Position numbers and translations under genes: made by a program. From an uncultured Aliarcobacter sp. (GTDB taxonomy: Bacteria > Campylobacterota > Campylobacteria > Campylobacterales > Arcobacteraceae): DNA of 64,000 nt. Below are positions 20,852 to 30,439 of the stretch, one piece after another; positions within the stretch are counted from its first letter, which is position 1; the number at the start of each line of letters is the position of its first letter. The stretch covers positions 256,001 to 320,000 of the forward strand of contig CAXXLV010000002.1 of NCBI GenBank assembly GCA_963664305.2. Reading direction: 5' to 3'. The notes under the pieces were generated by a model, which made no database searches, was not told where the DNA came from, and saw nothing but the letters and a program-made list of their open reading frames with translations.

Positions 20852-21136
20852 ATGCCAGCAAAACATATAGAAATTAAAACGTTTAAGTTAGCTCATACAA
20901 CTGATGATGTTGTAAAAATAGAGCATGTTGAAAAACCTTATGGTGAATATAGTAGCCCTGTAGTTAGTATTGCTGTTTATTCTCACGGTAAAACTAAAAT
21001 TTCAGAGGTTGAAATTCCTTATGAAAATATACAAGAATTTTTAAAAGCTTTAAATGAATCTATTGCTTTATGTGAATCAATACCTCACAATCCAATTCAT
21101 GGAGAATTAAATTCTGAAATTGGTGGAGGAGCCTAA
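20852..21136 (+). CDS. Hypothetical protein
   Basis: AAGGAG SD; extended -10 TGTTACAAT at 20816-20824. Confidence 0.75.
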   Translation: MPAKHIEIKTFKLAHTTDDVVKIEHVEKPYGEYSSPVVSIAVYSHGKTKISEVEIPYENIQEFLKALNESIALCESIPHNPIHGELNSEIGGGA

Positions 21137-21139
21137 TAG

Positions 21140-21595
21140 ATGAATGAAATTTCATCAGATATCAAAAGGTCGAACTTCTCAAGTTCGACCTTTATTTTTT
21201 TAGCCTTTTTAGTATCTTTAGTTGCAACGTTAGGAAGTCTTTTTTTCTCAGAGATTATGCATTTTATTCCTTGTTCTTTATGTTGGTATCAAAGAATTTT
21301 TATGTATCCATTGGTTTTATTATTTTTAATTAATCTTTTGTATCCTGATGATAAAATTTTTAAATATAGTTTTCCTTTAGTTATTATTGGATTGTTAATT
21401 TCAATTTATCATAACTTATTGATTTATAAAGTAATTCCTGAAAATTTATCTCCATGTGTTAGTGGAATTCCATGTTCTGTTGATTATTTAAATTGGTTTG
21501 GTTTTATTACAATTCCTTTGTTATCTTTTTTTTCTTATACTATCATTCTTATTTTATTAATTTTATTTAAAAGGAAAAGTGTAGATGCAGAATAA
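21140..21595 (+). CDS. dsbB: Disulfide bond formation protein B (BdbC-like)
   Basis: ATLGSLFFSE, PCSLCWYQRIFMYP, second Cys pair CVSGIPC. Confidence 0.9.
   Translation: MNEISSDIKRSNFSSSTFIFLAFLVSLVATLGSLFFSEIMHFIPCSLCWYQRIFMYPLVLLFLINLLYPDDKIFKYSFPLVIIGLLISIYHNLLIYKVIPENLSPCVSGIPCSVDYLNWFGFITIPLLSFFSYTIILILLILFKRKSVDAE
21165..21201 (+). terminator. Intrinsic terminator-like hairpin inside the dsbB coding sequence
   Basis: Perfect 13-bp stem AAAGGTCGAACTT-ctc-AAGTTCGACCTTT, then ATTTTTTT. Confidence 0.65.
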
Positions 21596-22232
21596 AAAGT
21601 TAGTATTAGGTTCATTGGTTAGTTTGATTATTTTATTTATAGGATTAGCTATTTTTTACAAAAATAATGAAGTTAAAGAAGATGAAAAAAAAGTTTTAAG
21701 TAAAAGTGATTTATTAGTTAGAGAACATTCTATTAAATTTGGTGAAAATAAAAAAAATATTTCAGTTGTTGAGTTTGTTGACCCTGAGTGTGAATCTTGT
21801 GCAATGTTTTATCCAATTCTTAGAAAATTATATAAAGATTATCATGAAGATATTCAGTTAGTTGTTAAATATATTCCAAATCATTTAAATTCAAAATTTG
21901 CTATAAGAATTTTGGAAGCTTCAAGAGAACAAAACAAATATGAAGAAGTTTTAAGTATGATTTTTGAAAAACAACCTTTATGGGCACAACATAATAATGA
22001 AAAACCAGAGTTATTATGGGAGTTTTTAGCAACAATTCCTGATTTAGATATGAATAAATTAAAAGAAGATTCAACAAATCCTAAAATTGATAAAATTATG
22101 GAAATTGATTCTTCTGATGCCAGAGAAATTGGAGTAAGAGGTACCCCAACAATTTTTGTAAATGGAAAAAGATTAGCAGTTTTATCTCAAAAAGATTTAT
22201 TTGATTTAGTTGAAGCTGAGATTTATAAATAA
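21585..22232 (+). CDS. DsbA/BdbD-like thiol-disulfide oxidoreductase
   Basis: N-terminal anchor, EFVDPECESC, GVRGTPTIFVNG. Confidence 0.88.
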   Translation: MQNKKLVLGSLVSLIILFIGLAIFYKNNEVKEDEKKVLSKSDLLVREHSIKFGENKKNISVVEFVDPECESCAMFYPILRKLYKDYHEDIQLVVKYIPNHLNSKFAIRILEASREQNKYEEVLSMIFEKQPLWAQHNNEKPELLWEFLATIPDLDMNKLKEDSTNPKIDKIMEIDSSDAREIGVRGTPTIFVNGKRLAVLSQKDLFDLVEAEIYK

Positions 22233-22241
22233 GGATATTTA

Positions 22242-23423
22242 ATGTCATTTTTTGAAGAAATAAAAAATAGTTTGTCTCTTTTAAAAGAGTCAAATTATGA
22301 TTTTGGAGTTGTTTATTCGCAAAATCCAAATAATATAAATATATTTATTTTAATTTCTATTGTTTTATTTATAAGTGCAATTATTCTTATTGTTAATGCA
22401 TTTAAAAAATCTCAATTATCAAAAGATGTTTCAACTATTAAAGATTGTTCAGATTTTATAGAATTTGATAAAAAATTGACAAAAATCTCAAGTGAAATAT
22501 CAAAAAGAGGTTTAGAAATAGCAAATAAATTAAATCTTACAAAAAATGATATTTATGAAAAAGCTCTATTTTTAATCAAAGATTTTAATATCAAAGAAAA
22601 AATTGATGCTTATAAAAAAATCTCAAATAATTTTGATTTGATTTCTAAAAATACAAAAAGATATGAAATAGGGGAATTAAACAATTTTTTTGAAGAAAAA
22701 TCTATTTCATTATTGGAAAAAAATCTTTTGAAAGAGATAGAAAGTTATTATAAAAATACAAGATTTTGTGAAAATGATGTCGAATTTGTAAATAGTATAG
22801 TTTCTTATTCAAAGAATTTACCAAATCCTTTTTCTATTTTAAATCCTTTACAAGAAGAGATAAACAAATTTAGTTTAGCATTTAATTTAGATGTATATAA
22901 ATTTATTAAAAAATTAACAAAAAACTTTTCAGGAGAAATTTTTGTTAAATCTAATAAAAAATTAGATGATTTATTTAAAAATGAAGAAGCAATTATTTCA
23001 GAAGTTATTTTGAAATATATTTTAGAAAATGAAAATAAACAAAAAGTTTATGATTATATTTCAAATTTGAAAAATAAAATTTATTTACAAAATTTGTATT
23101 ATAAATTTTTTGAACAAAGTGATGATTTAGATTTTAATTTATCATTTATAAAAAATAAAACAGAAATAGAAAATGATTATAAAGAGTATTTAGATAGCCA
23201 AATAACTTATCATTGGAAAGATTTAGATTATATAAAATATATTTTAAATGCTCCAAGAGTTTTACAAATAATTGGACATGATGATTATAGAACTATTTTA
23301 GAAAGAATGGAAAAATTGGAAAAAGAAGTTGATTTTAAAGCAACAGTATCAGAAATTTTGAATGTTGCAAAAAATGCAGAAAAAATTGCTAAAGAAGCAA
23401 AAGCAATAGCAAGAAGTAAATAA
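22242..23423 (+). CDS. Hypothetical protein, one N-terminal TM, helical
   Basis: 393-aa ORF within the operon, AAGGA SD. Confidence 0.75.
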   Translation: MSFFEEIKNSLSLLKESNYDFGVVYSQNPNNINIFILISIVLFISAIILIVNAFKKSQLSKDVSTIKDCSDFIEFDKKLTKISSEISKRGLEIANKLNLTKNDIYEKALFLIKDFNIKEKIDAYKKISNNFDLISKNTKRYEIGELNNFFEEKSISLLEKNLLKEIESYYKNTRFCENDVEFVNSIVSYSKNLPNPFSILNPLQEEINKFSLAFNLDVYKFIKKLTKNFSGEIFVKSNKKLDDLFKNEEAIISEVILKYILENENKQKVYDYISNLKNKIYLQNLYYKFFEQSDDLDFNLSFIKNKTEIENDYKEYLDSQITYHWKDLDYIKYILNAPRVLQIIGHDDYRTILERMEKLEKEVDFKATVSEILNVAKNAEKIAKEAKAIARSK

Positions 23424-23426
23424 ATT

Positions 23427-23723
23427 ATGGAATACATATTTGCTTTATTATTAAGTGCTATATTTACATTTCTCTTTATATCTTTTAAGAGAAAAAATAG
23501 TAGTGTTTTAAAATCAAAAGTAGTAAAAAAAGATGAATTAATCGAGTCTTATAAACTTGAACTTCAAGATATTTTAAAAGAGTATGAAGATAATAAAGAG
23601 TTACAGATGCAAGAAAGAATAAAATTTCTTAAAAGAGTAAATCATGAATTATCAATGAATATCTTTTTTGATGAAAATGAAGCGAAAGAGTTACTACAAG
23701 AATTGTCAAGGTTAGGAAAATGA
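23427..23723 (+). CDS. Hypothetical membrane-anchored protein
   Basis: 98 aa, N-terminal TM, ATGA overlap with the next gene. Confidence 0.75.
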   Translation: MEYIFALLLSAIFTFLFISFKRKNSSVLKSKVVKKDELIESYKLELQDILKEYEDNKELQMQERIKFLKRVNHELSMNIFFDENEAKELLQELSRLGK

Positions 23724-24295
23724 TGAGAAAATGTTTAGTTTTTAGTTTATTAGTTTTAGGTGTATTATTTAGTGGTTGTGATTCAAAATCTACAATAGAT
23801 GGAAATGTTCTTGCAAAACAAAAAAAAGAGGAAGTAAATACAAACTTTGAACCTCAATCTTTTGCATTAATTACAACAGATGAAAAGTTTATCAGTTTTA
23901 CAAGTACAGCTCAAGGTTTAGATTTTGATGAATTTAAAGGTAAAAAAGCAGTTTTAATTGATGTTTTTGCAACTTGGTGTCCACCTTGTATAGAAGAAAT
24001 ACCAACTTTAGTTGAATTAAAAGAAAAATATAAAGACCAATTTGAAATAGTTTCAGTTTTATTTGAAAGAGATAAAACAAAAGAAGAGATAGAAGCTTTT
24101 ATGAAAGAACATGGAATTAATTATCCAATTACAATGGGTGAAGAAAACTTTAGACTTGCAAAAGAGTTAGGTGATGTAAAAAAAGTTCCAGAAATGTTTT
24201 TATTCTCAAAAGATGGACGATTTATAAATAAATTTATTGGTAAAACATCTAAAGAAGATTTAGAACAGTATATAAAAATGGCAATTGAAAACTAA
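23720..24295 (+). CDS. TlpA/ResA-like thioredoxin lipoprotein
   Basis: Lipobox FSGC; FATWCPPC; VPEMF. Confidence 0.88.
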   Translation: MMRKCLVFSLLVLGVLFSGCDSKSTIDGNVLAKQKKEEVNTNFEPQSFALITTDEKFISFTSTAQGLDFDEFKGKKAVLIDVFATWCPPCIEEIPTLVELKEKYKDQFEIVSVLFERDKTKEEIEAFMKEHGINYPITMGEENFRLAKELGDVKKVPEMFLFSKDGRFINKFIGKTSKEDLEQYIKMAIEN

Positions 24296-24927
24296 TTTAA
24301 AATAGTTTTCAATTCTTTTAGAGTTTCTATAAAATAACTTGCTTTTGAAAAATCTTGTGTGAGAGTAAATTCATTTTTTACAATCACACATTCTATTCCT
24401 GCTTTATGAGCTGCTGTTAAACCCCTTGTTGAGTCTTCAACTACAATTGCCTCACTTTTTTTTGCTTTAAAGAGTTCTAGACCTTTTAAATATGGTTCAG
24501 GATGTGGTTTTGCATAATTATAATCTTCTTCACAAAGAACAAAATCCATAAAATCAACTATTCCTAGATTTTTATGAATAATTTCAAAATCAACTCTTCT
24601 TGATGTAGTTACTATTCCCATTTTATAATCTTTAGATAATTCTTTTAGAACATCTTTTACACCATCAATTAGAATATTTTCCGTTCTTAAAAAATTTTGA
24701 TAATATTCATTTCTTTTATTTCTTGCAATTTCAACTTCAGTAAATGAAAAACCTTTATTTAAAGCTTTTTGCCAAACAGTTGTTCCTTCACTCATTATTT
24801 TCATATATTCTTCAAATTCTAACTCTACATTAAAAAACTCTTTTAAAGCTTGTATATTTGCTTTAAAATATAAAGGTTCAGTATGAACTAAAACACCATC
24901 ATTATCAAAAAGTATATATTTTTTCAT
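24292..24927 (-). CDS. HAD-family phosphatase
   Basis: FDNDGVL, KPHPEPY, VEDS. Confidence 0.88.
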   Translation of the reverse strand: MKKYILFDNDGVLVHTEPLYFKANIQALKEFFNVELEFEEYMKIMSEGTTVWQKALNKGFSFTEVEIARNKRNEYYQNFLRTENILIDGVKDVLKELSKDYKMGIVTTSRRVDFEIIHKNLGIVDFMDFVLCEEDYNYAKPHPEPYLKGLELFKAKKSEAIVVEDSTRGLTAAHKAGIECVIVKNEFTLTQDFSKASYFIETLKELKTILN

Positions 24928-24961
24928 TTATTAAGATTATTCCTATTTTAAAAATTTAGTT

Positions 24962-25069
24962 AAAAAAAAAGGAAGCTTATAAAAAGCTTCCTTTATCTTG
25001 TATATATTAGGAGGAGTAAAGTTAAAAAAAATCTTAACATCGCAAATTAAGGTTTGTCTATCAACTTAT
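24962..25069 (-). ncRNA. Candidate small RNA (~105 nt) with a CUCCUCCU anti-SD motif
   Basis: Minus-strand TATAAT at 25081-25076; CTCCTCCT at 25016-25009; 11-bp stem at 24968-24994 with a U-tail; no ORF with an SD. Confidence 0.5.
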
Positions 25070-25145
25070 AAAGTAATTATAATAGCTATGTATTAACCTT
25101 TCTTAAATCAAAAGTTAACAAAGTGTGAATAAGATAAAAAAACTC

Positions 25146-25709
25146 TTAATTTTGCCATTTATCTTTAGGTGCATTATAATTTAAAATTCTTTCAATAATT
25201 TCGTCAATATTATCAGAAACGATTAACATATCAACATAATCTTTTTTTATAAAACCTTCTTTTACACAGTTTCTTAAGAAATCAAGTAACTTATCATAAT
25301 AACCATTTATATTAAAAAATGCACAAGGTTTTTTATGATAACCAATTTGTGCAGATGTTATAACATCAAAAATTTCTTCAAATGTTCCATAACCACCAGG
25401 AATTGCTATAAATGCATCAGATAAATCTTCCATTTTAGCTTTTCTTTCATCCATAGTATTTACTCTATAAATTTTTGTAAGATTTTTATTTTCAAGTTCT
25501 TTATTTATTAAATCAAAAGTAATTACACCTGTAACACTATTGCTACATTTTAAAGATTCATTTGAAACTATTCCCATAAGTCCTTGTAAAGAGCCACCAT
25601 AAACAATATTTAAATTTCTTTGTGCAAGTTTTTGGGCTAAAATTTTTGTTTGTTCTTCATAAATCTTATCATTTCCAAATGAAGAACCACAGTAAATAGC
25701 AATGTTCAT
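25146..25709 (-). CDS. LOG-family nucleotide phosphoribohydrolase (TIGR00730)
   Basis: YCGSS, VYGG, PGGYGTFEE; TAATG coupling to the upstream MMPL gene. Confidence 0.9.
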   Translation of the reverse strand: MNIAIYCGSSFGNDKIYEEQTKILAQKLAQRNLNIVYGGSLQGLMGIVSNESLKCSNSVTGVITFDLINKELENKNLTKIYRVNTMDERKAKMEDLSDAFIAIPGGYGTFEEIFDVITSAQIGYHKKPCAFFNINGYYDKLLDFLRNCVKEGFIKKDYVDMLIVSDNIDEIIERILNYNAPKDKWQN

Positions 25710-28195
25710 TATTTTTTCTCCTTAATTTTGTCAAAAGGTTTAAATATTAGTAATAATTTTGGAAGTAGTAATAAATCTGCAAGTAATACTGTAAACATTG
25801 TAACAACAGTTAATAATCCAAAATATATTGTTGGAATTAGATTTGATAAAACTAAAATTGAAAAACCAATAATTATTACTAAAGAAGTATAGTACATCGC
25901 ATAACCAATACTTTGATGAGATCTTCTCATTGCATTTATATAGTTATGGTCAACTTTAAACTCTTCTTTAAATCTATGAATAAAGTGAATTGTATCATCA
26001 ACACCAATTCCAATAGCAATTGCTGCAATTGTAATAGTCATAATATCCAAAGGAATATTTAACCATCCCATAATACCAAATATAGCTGATATTGGTATTA
26101 TGTTTGCAAGTATTGCAATAGTTGCAAGTTTTAAAGTTCTAAATAAAATCAGGAACATTATAAATAAAACAATAATTGTAAATCCTAATGTAGAAATTTG
26201 AGATTCAAATAAAGATTGAAGCATATTATTATATAAAACCATTAGATTTGAAAGTCTAAAAGTAGTCTCTTTATTTTTAATAATATCTCTTAAATCACTG
26301 TTTATTTTATTGATTAAATCATTTCTTCTTAAATCTGGATTTGAATCCATAATTCTCATTGTAATTCTTGCTTCATTTTTATCGATATTAATAAATGGAG
26401 AAAGTATTAAGGTTTTATATTTTTCTGGGAACTGATTGTATAGTAAAGCTAATGTTATACCATCTAAAGATTTTCCATTATTAAGAGATTGACCAATTTT
26501 TAAAAGTGTAGCTAAAGATTGAACTTTTCCAACTTCTGGAATAGTTTCCAAGTAGTTATGAACAGCTGTAATTGTGTCCATTTTATCTTGACTAAACCAA
26601 TATTGTTTGTCATCTGCTGTTTTTGCAAATTCATTTTCAAAATCATCAAATTCATCAGTTGAATTTTTAGTTATTTGTGGTTTTGGTTCATCTTTAAATT
26701 TGATGATAATATCAAGAGGAGTAGTTCCTCCTAAATTTTCATCAATAACTTTCATACCTTTATAAATATCTGTTGATTGTTTAAAATAGCTAATAAAACT
26801 ATTTTCAACAAGAAGTTTTAATGCTCCTGTTGTTGAAAAAACAATAACTAAAATTGTTGTAATAATTATAGCTTTACTGTGATATTCAACAATATCTGAT
26901 GATTTTGCAATGAATGAAAACTTTTTATTTTTTTGTTCATGTTCATCTTTTTTATTCATTAGAATCAATAGAGCAGGGAAAGTTATAAACGCTAAAAATA
27001 AAGATATCGCAATACCTGTACTCATCATAAGACCAAGATTTATAACTGGTTCAATATTTGATAAAACAAGTGAGCCAAAACCAATTACTGTTGTAATAAT
27101 TGCAAAAAATGAAGGATTGAATTTTGACAATACAGTATTGATTATAAGTTTATATTGGCTTGCATTTTTATATTTTACGTTTAATTCTCTATATCTTACA
27201 ATTAAATGTAGAACTATTGAAATAGTGATGATTAATTGTAATGCTATAAAGTTTGAAGATATTACAGTTACTTCCCATCCAAATAATCCTAAAAGTCCTG
27301 CTGTTGAAACTACTGAAATTAAACATACAAATAGAGGTAAAACAATCCATCTAATATGTCTAAAAATATACCAAAGTATAAAAATTAAAATAGCAAGTAA
27401 ACCAGAACCATAGATGATTAAATCATTTTTTACATAGCCAACAATATCGCTAGCTATCATATTTACACCACCAAGAAATATTTTTGCTTCACCTTGATAG
27501 TTTTTTATAATATCTCTTATATTTTCAATCTCTTGGGCTTCTTGTACTCTTAAAATATCTCTATAATCTTTAAACTCTAAAATAGCCTTTTTTAATTCAT
27601 CTTTTTCTTCTTTAGAGATAGTTTTATCTTTTTCTTTTTTTAATAAAGCATTTCTTTTTTCTAAAAGCTCAAAATATTTTGTATCAGTTTTTAGATTTAA
27701 AATAATTGCTGTTGTTTTAAAATCACTACTTACAAGTGAGTTTGAATATAAAGGTGAGTGTAACAACTCATTTTTAACAAGATTTGTATCAAACTCTTTT
27801 GTTTCAAGTGAATCAACTCCTTCAACTAAATCAGAAATAGGACGAATAGGAGATTGAAGTAAAGGTACATTTAAAATAGAAGTAATACTTTCAACATTTT
27901 TTACTTTTAAAAAATCATCAGATATATTTTTGATAATTTTCAAATTTTTTTGTGATAGAAGGTCTTCATTTTTTGGAGAAAAAGTAACTACTAAAAAATC
28001 AGAATTGTCATAAGTCTTATTTACTTCTCTAAAAAATTGTAAATCTTTATCATCTTCTAAAAGTAAAGTTTCTGCAGATGCATCTATTTCAAGCTTTGTG
28101 GCATAGTAGCCCAAAGTTGAAACAAATAACATTAAAAGAGTAAGAACAATTAATGGATACTTTAAAATTAAAGTATCATAGATTTTTTTTAACAT
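25709..28195 (-). CDS. MMPL/RND-superfamily transporter
   Basis: Two repeats of TM bundle plus large periplasmic loop; GIGVDDTIH. Confidence 0.88.
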   Translation of the reverse strand: MLKKIYDTLILKYPLIVLTLLMLFVSTLGYYATKLEIDASAETLLLEDDKDLQFFREVNKTYDNSDFLVVTFSPKNEDLLSQKNLKIIKNISDDFLKVKNVESITSILNVPLLQSPIRPISDLVEGVDSLETKEFDTNLVKNELLHSPLYSNSLVSSDFKTTAIILNLKTDTKYFELLEKRNALLKKEKDKTISKEEKDELKKAILEFKDYRDILRVQEAQEIENIRDIIKNYQGEAKIFLGGVNMIASDIVGYVKNDLIIYGSGLLAILIFILWYIFRHIRWIVLPLFVCLISVVSTAGLLGLFGWEVTVISSNFIALQLIITISIVLHLIVRYRELNVKYKNASQYKLIINTVLSKFNPSFFAIITTVIGFGSLVLSNIEPVINLGLMMSTGIAISLFLAFITFPALLILMNKKDEHEQKNKKFSFIAKSSDIVEYHSKAIIITTILVIVFSTTGALKLLVENSFISYFKQSTDIYKGMKVIDENLGGTTPLDIIIKFKDEPKPQITKNSTDEFDDFENEFAKTADDKQYWFSQDKMDTITAVHNYLETIPEVGKVQSLATLLKIGQSLNNGKSLDGITLALLYNQFPEKYKTLILSPFINIDKNEARITMRIMDSNPDLRRNDLINKINSDLRDIIKNKETTFRLSNLMVLYNNMLQSLFESQISTLGFTIIVLFIMFLILFRTLKLATIAILANIIPISAIFGIMGWLNIPLDIMTITIAAIAIGIGVDDTIHFIHRFKEEFKVDHNYINAMRRSHQSIGYAMYYTSLVIIIGFSILVLSNLIPTIYFGLLTVVTMFTVLLADLLLLPKLLLIFKPFDKIKEKK

Positions 28196-28196
28196 C

Positions 28197-28784
28197 TTAT
28201 TTTTCTAGTAAAGCTAACATTTCATCAAATGTTTTTTCTTTTAATAAGCCTGAAAATTGTTGTCTATATGTTTGAATGATACTAACCCCAACTAAATCAA
28301 CATCATAAATTAACCACTCTTCATTATCTTTAGATTTATTATAAAAATTATAGTTAATTTTATAAATTCCATCTTTACCTAAAAGTTCAGTTTCTAGCTG
28401 TAATCTTGTGTTGTTATATGGTTTTAATCCAATAATTTTTACTTTTTGATCATTATAAAGTTCTAGTTTTTCAATATATGATTTTTTTAATTTATTTTCA
28501 AAAACTTTTGTAAATTGTTTTTGTTTTTCAGGTGTTAATGTACTCCAAGTCTCTTTTCCTAATGCAATTTTTGCCATTAATTCATAATCAAAAACATCAT
28601 CAATAATTTTGATAATTTCATCACCTTTTTGTGCAAAAGTTTTGTCTTTTTTTTCTAAAATTTGTAAAACATTATCAATTTTTTTTGTCATTTCTTGTTG
28701 AATTTCATCTTGTTTTAAAGCATTTGCATAAGAAAATGTAACTGCTAATAACAATAAAAATTTAATAAAACTTTTTTTAATCAT
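28197..28784 (-). CDS. mlaC: MlaC/Ttg2D-family lipid-binding protein
   Basis: FDYELMAKIALG, WLIYDVDLVGVSIIQTYRQQF. Confidence 0.85.
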   Translation of the reverse strand: MIKKSFIKFLLLLAVTFSYANALKQDEIQQEMTKKIDNVLQILEKKDKTFAQKGDEIIKIIDDVFDYELMAKIALGKETWSTLTPEKQKQFTKVFENKLKKSYIEKLELYNDQKVKIIGLKPYNNTRLQLETELLGKDGIYKINYNFYNKSKDNEEWLIYDVDLVGVSIIQTYRQQFSGLLKEKTFDEMLALLEK

Positions 28785-28787
28785 CTA

Positions 28788-29531
28788 TTATTCCTCTATT
28801 TGTCTTTTTCTTGCTTGTGAATAAATATCTCTTAAGAATGGATATAAATCTAAAGCATCTTTTTTAATTGTTTCATATTGATCTGGATTTAATGAAGTGT
28901 TATTTACTACATCAAATGTTTTGATTCCTACTTCTTCTAACACAGTATTTGGAATTTTGTAATCAATTGCATCTTCTCCTGCTCTACTTAGAGGTGATAC
29001 AAAACTATCTCCTGCAAAACCAACCATATCTCTTAAATTAGATGGGCCTAAGAAAGGTAAAACAACAGGAACTCCTTCACCAACTCCATAAAAACCTAAT
29101 GTTTGTCCAAAGTCTTCTTCGTGTGCTTTTATGTTTAATTCAGAAGTCGCTAAATCCATAAATCCACCAAGTCCCCAAAGAGTATTTATTAAAAATCTTT
29201 CTAATTCTTCAAGTGAATTTTTAAATTTTAGTTGTAATAAATTGTTTGTAAATCTTACAGGAAACATTATATTATTGAAAAAATTATCTATTCCTGTTCT
29301 TGCAGTTTCAGGTACTACATAAGCATAACCTTTTGAAACAGGTACTAATACATTGATATAAACTTTATCATTAAATGTAGTCATAAGTCTATTATATCCA
29401 CTTAATGGGTCAAATATTTCTTCTGTTTTATTTGAAAACTCTGAATCAAATTCTTGTGAAAAATCATCATTATTAGTTTCATTAGCAAAACTTAAAATTG
29501 CGAATATTAATATAAAAATAATTTTTTTCAA
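28788..29531 (-). CDS. mlaA: MlaA/VacJ-family protein
   Basis: DPLSGYNR, EDFGQTLG, LPFLGPSNLRD, DLYPFLRD. Confidence 0.9.
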   Translation of the reverse strand: MKKIIFILIFAILSFANETNNDDFSQEFDSEFSNKTEEIFDPLSGYNRLMTTFNDKVYINVLVPVSKGYAYVVPETARTGIDNFFNNIMFPVRFTNNLLQLKFKNSLEELERFLINTLWGLGGFMDLATSELNIKAHEEDFGQTLGFYGVGEGVPVVLPFLGPSNLRDMVGFAGDSFVSPLSRAGEDAIDYKIPNTVLEEVGIKTFDVVNNTSLNPDQYETIKKDALDLYPFLRDIYSQARKRQIEE

Positions 29532-29703
29532 ATTGAATCCTTTTTGTGATAAACAAGAATTATATTGAAATTTTGTGGAAATAATCTTTAAGCATTATTT
29601 TTTATATACAAATAGTTTTTATTTTGAGCATTTATTTATAAACATATTATCACAAACTTGCTATAATCAGCGAAAAATTTTGAAAAATAAATTGGGAGTG
29701 ATT

Positions 29704-30414
29704 ATGGGAAGAGCCTTTGAATATAGAAAAGCGGCTAAAATGAAAAGATGGGGAAATATGTCAAGAGTTTTCCCAAAACTTGCACGTGCTATTGAAGTAG
29801 CAGCAAAATCAGGAGTTCCAGATCCAGAAATGAACTCAGCTCTTAGAACAGCTATTTTAAATGCAAAAGCTGAAAATATGCCAAAAGCAAATATTGATGC
29901 AGCTATAAAAAGAGCAAGTGGTAAAGATGCAGCAAACTTTTCCGAAGTAAATTTTGAAGGAAAAGGTCCTCATGGAGTTTTAGTGTTTGTTGAAACAGCA
30001 ACAGATAACAACACAAGAACAGTTGCAAATATTAAAATGTATTTTAATAAAACACAAGGTCAAGTTGTTCCTACTGGTTCTTTAGAATTTTTCTTTGATA
30101 GAAAAGCAATTTTTGAATTTAATAAACCAAGTAATTATGAACTTGAAGATTTAGAAATGGAATTAATAGATGCTGGACTAGAAGAACTTGAAGAAGAAGA
30201 TGGTTTATGTTTAGCTTATGCTAATTATACTGACTTTGGAAATATGAATAATAAGTTTGAAGAGTTAGGTATTCCTTTAACTAAAGCAGAATTAAAAAGA
30301 ATTCCAAACAATCCTCAAGAGTTTACTGAAGCTCAACAAGAAGATATTGGTAAATTAATTGAAAAGCTTGAAGATGATGATGATGTTCAAGCTGTTTATA
30401 CAAATATAGCTTAA
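29704..30414 (+). CDS. yebC: YebC/PmpR family protein
   Basis: MGRAFEYRK start after GGGAG SD (start moved from 29575); EGKGPHG, ATDNNTRT, LEDDDDVQ. Confidence 0.95.
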   Translation: MGRAFEYRKAAKMKRWGNMSRVFPKLARAIEVAAKSGVPDPEMNSALRTAILNAKAENMPKANIDAAIKRASGKDAANFSEVNFEGKGPHGVLVFVETATDNNTRTVANIKMYFNKTQGQVVPTGSLEFFFDRKAIFEFNKPSNYELEDLEMELIDAGLEELEEEDGLCLAYANYTDFGNMNNKFEELGIPLTKAELKRIPNNPQEFTEAQQEDIGKLIEKLEDDDDVQAVYTNIA

Positions 30415-30415
30415 T

Positions 30416-30439
30416 TAAATAGAGAAACTTCTCTATTTA
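30416..30439. terminator. Bidirectional terminator hairpin
   Basis: TAAATAGAGAA/TTCTCTATTTA between convergent genes. Confidence 0.55.

Noticed and set aside
21120..21136. C-terminal GGGA of the 94-aa protein as a ubiquitin-like or sulfur-carrier tail
   Set aside because: Better explained as the overlapping GGAGGAG SD of dsbB; there is no ThiF or JAMM gene nearby.
29575..29703. 43-aa N-terminal extension of YebC
   Set aside because: The conserved start MGRAF with an SD is at 29704; the extension covers promoter-like DNA.
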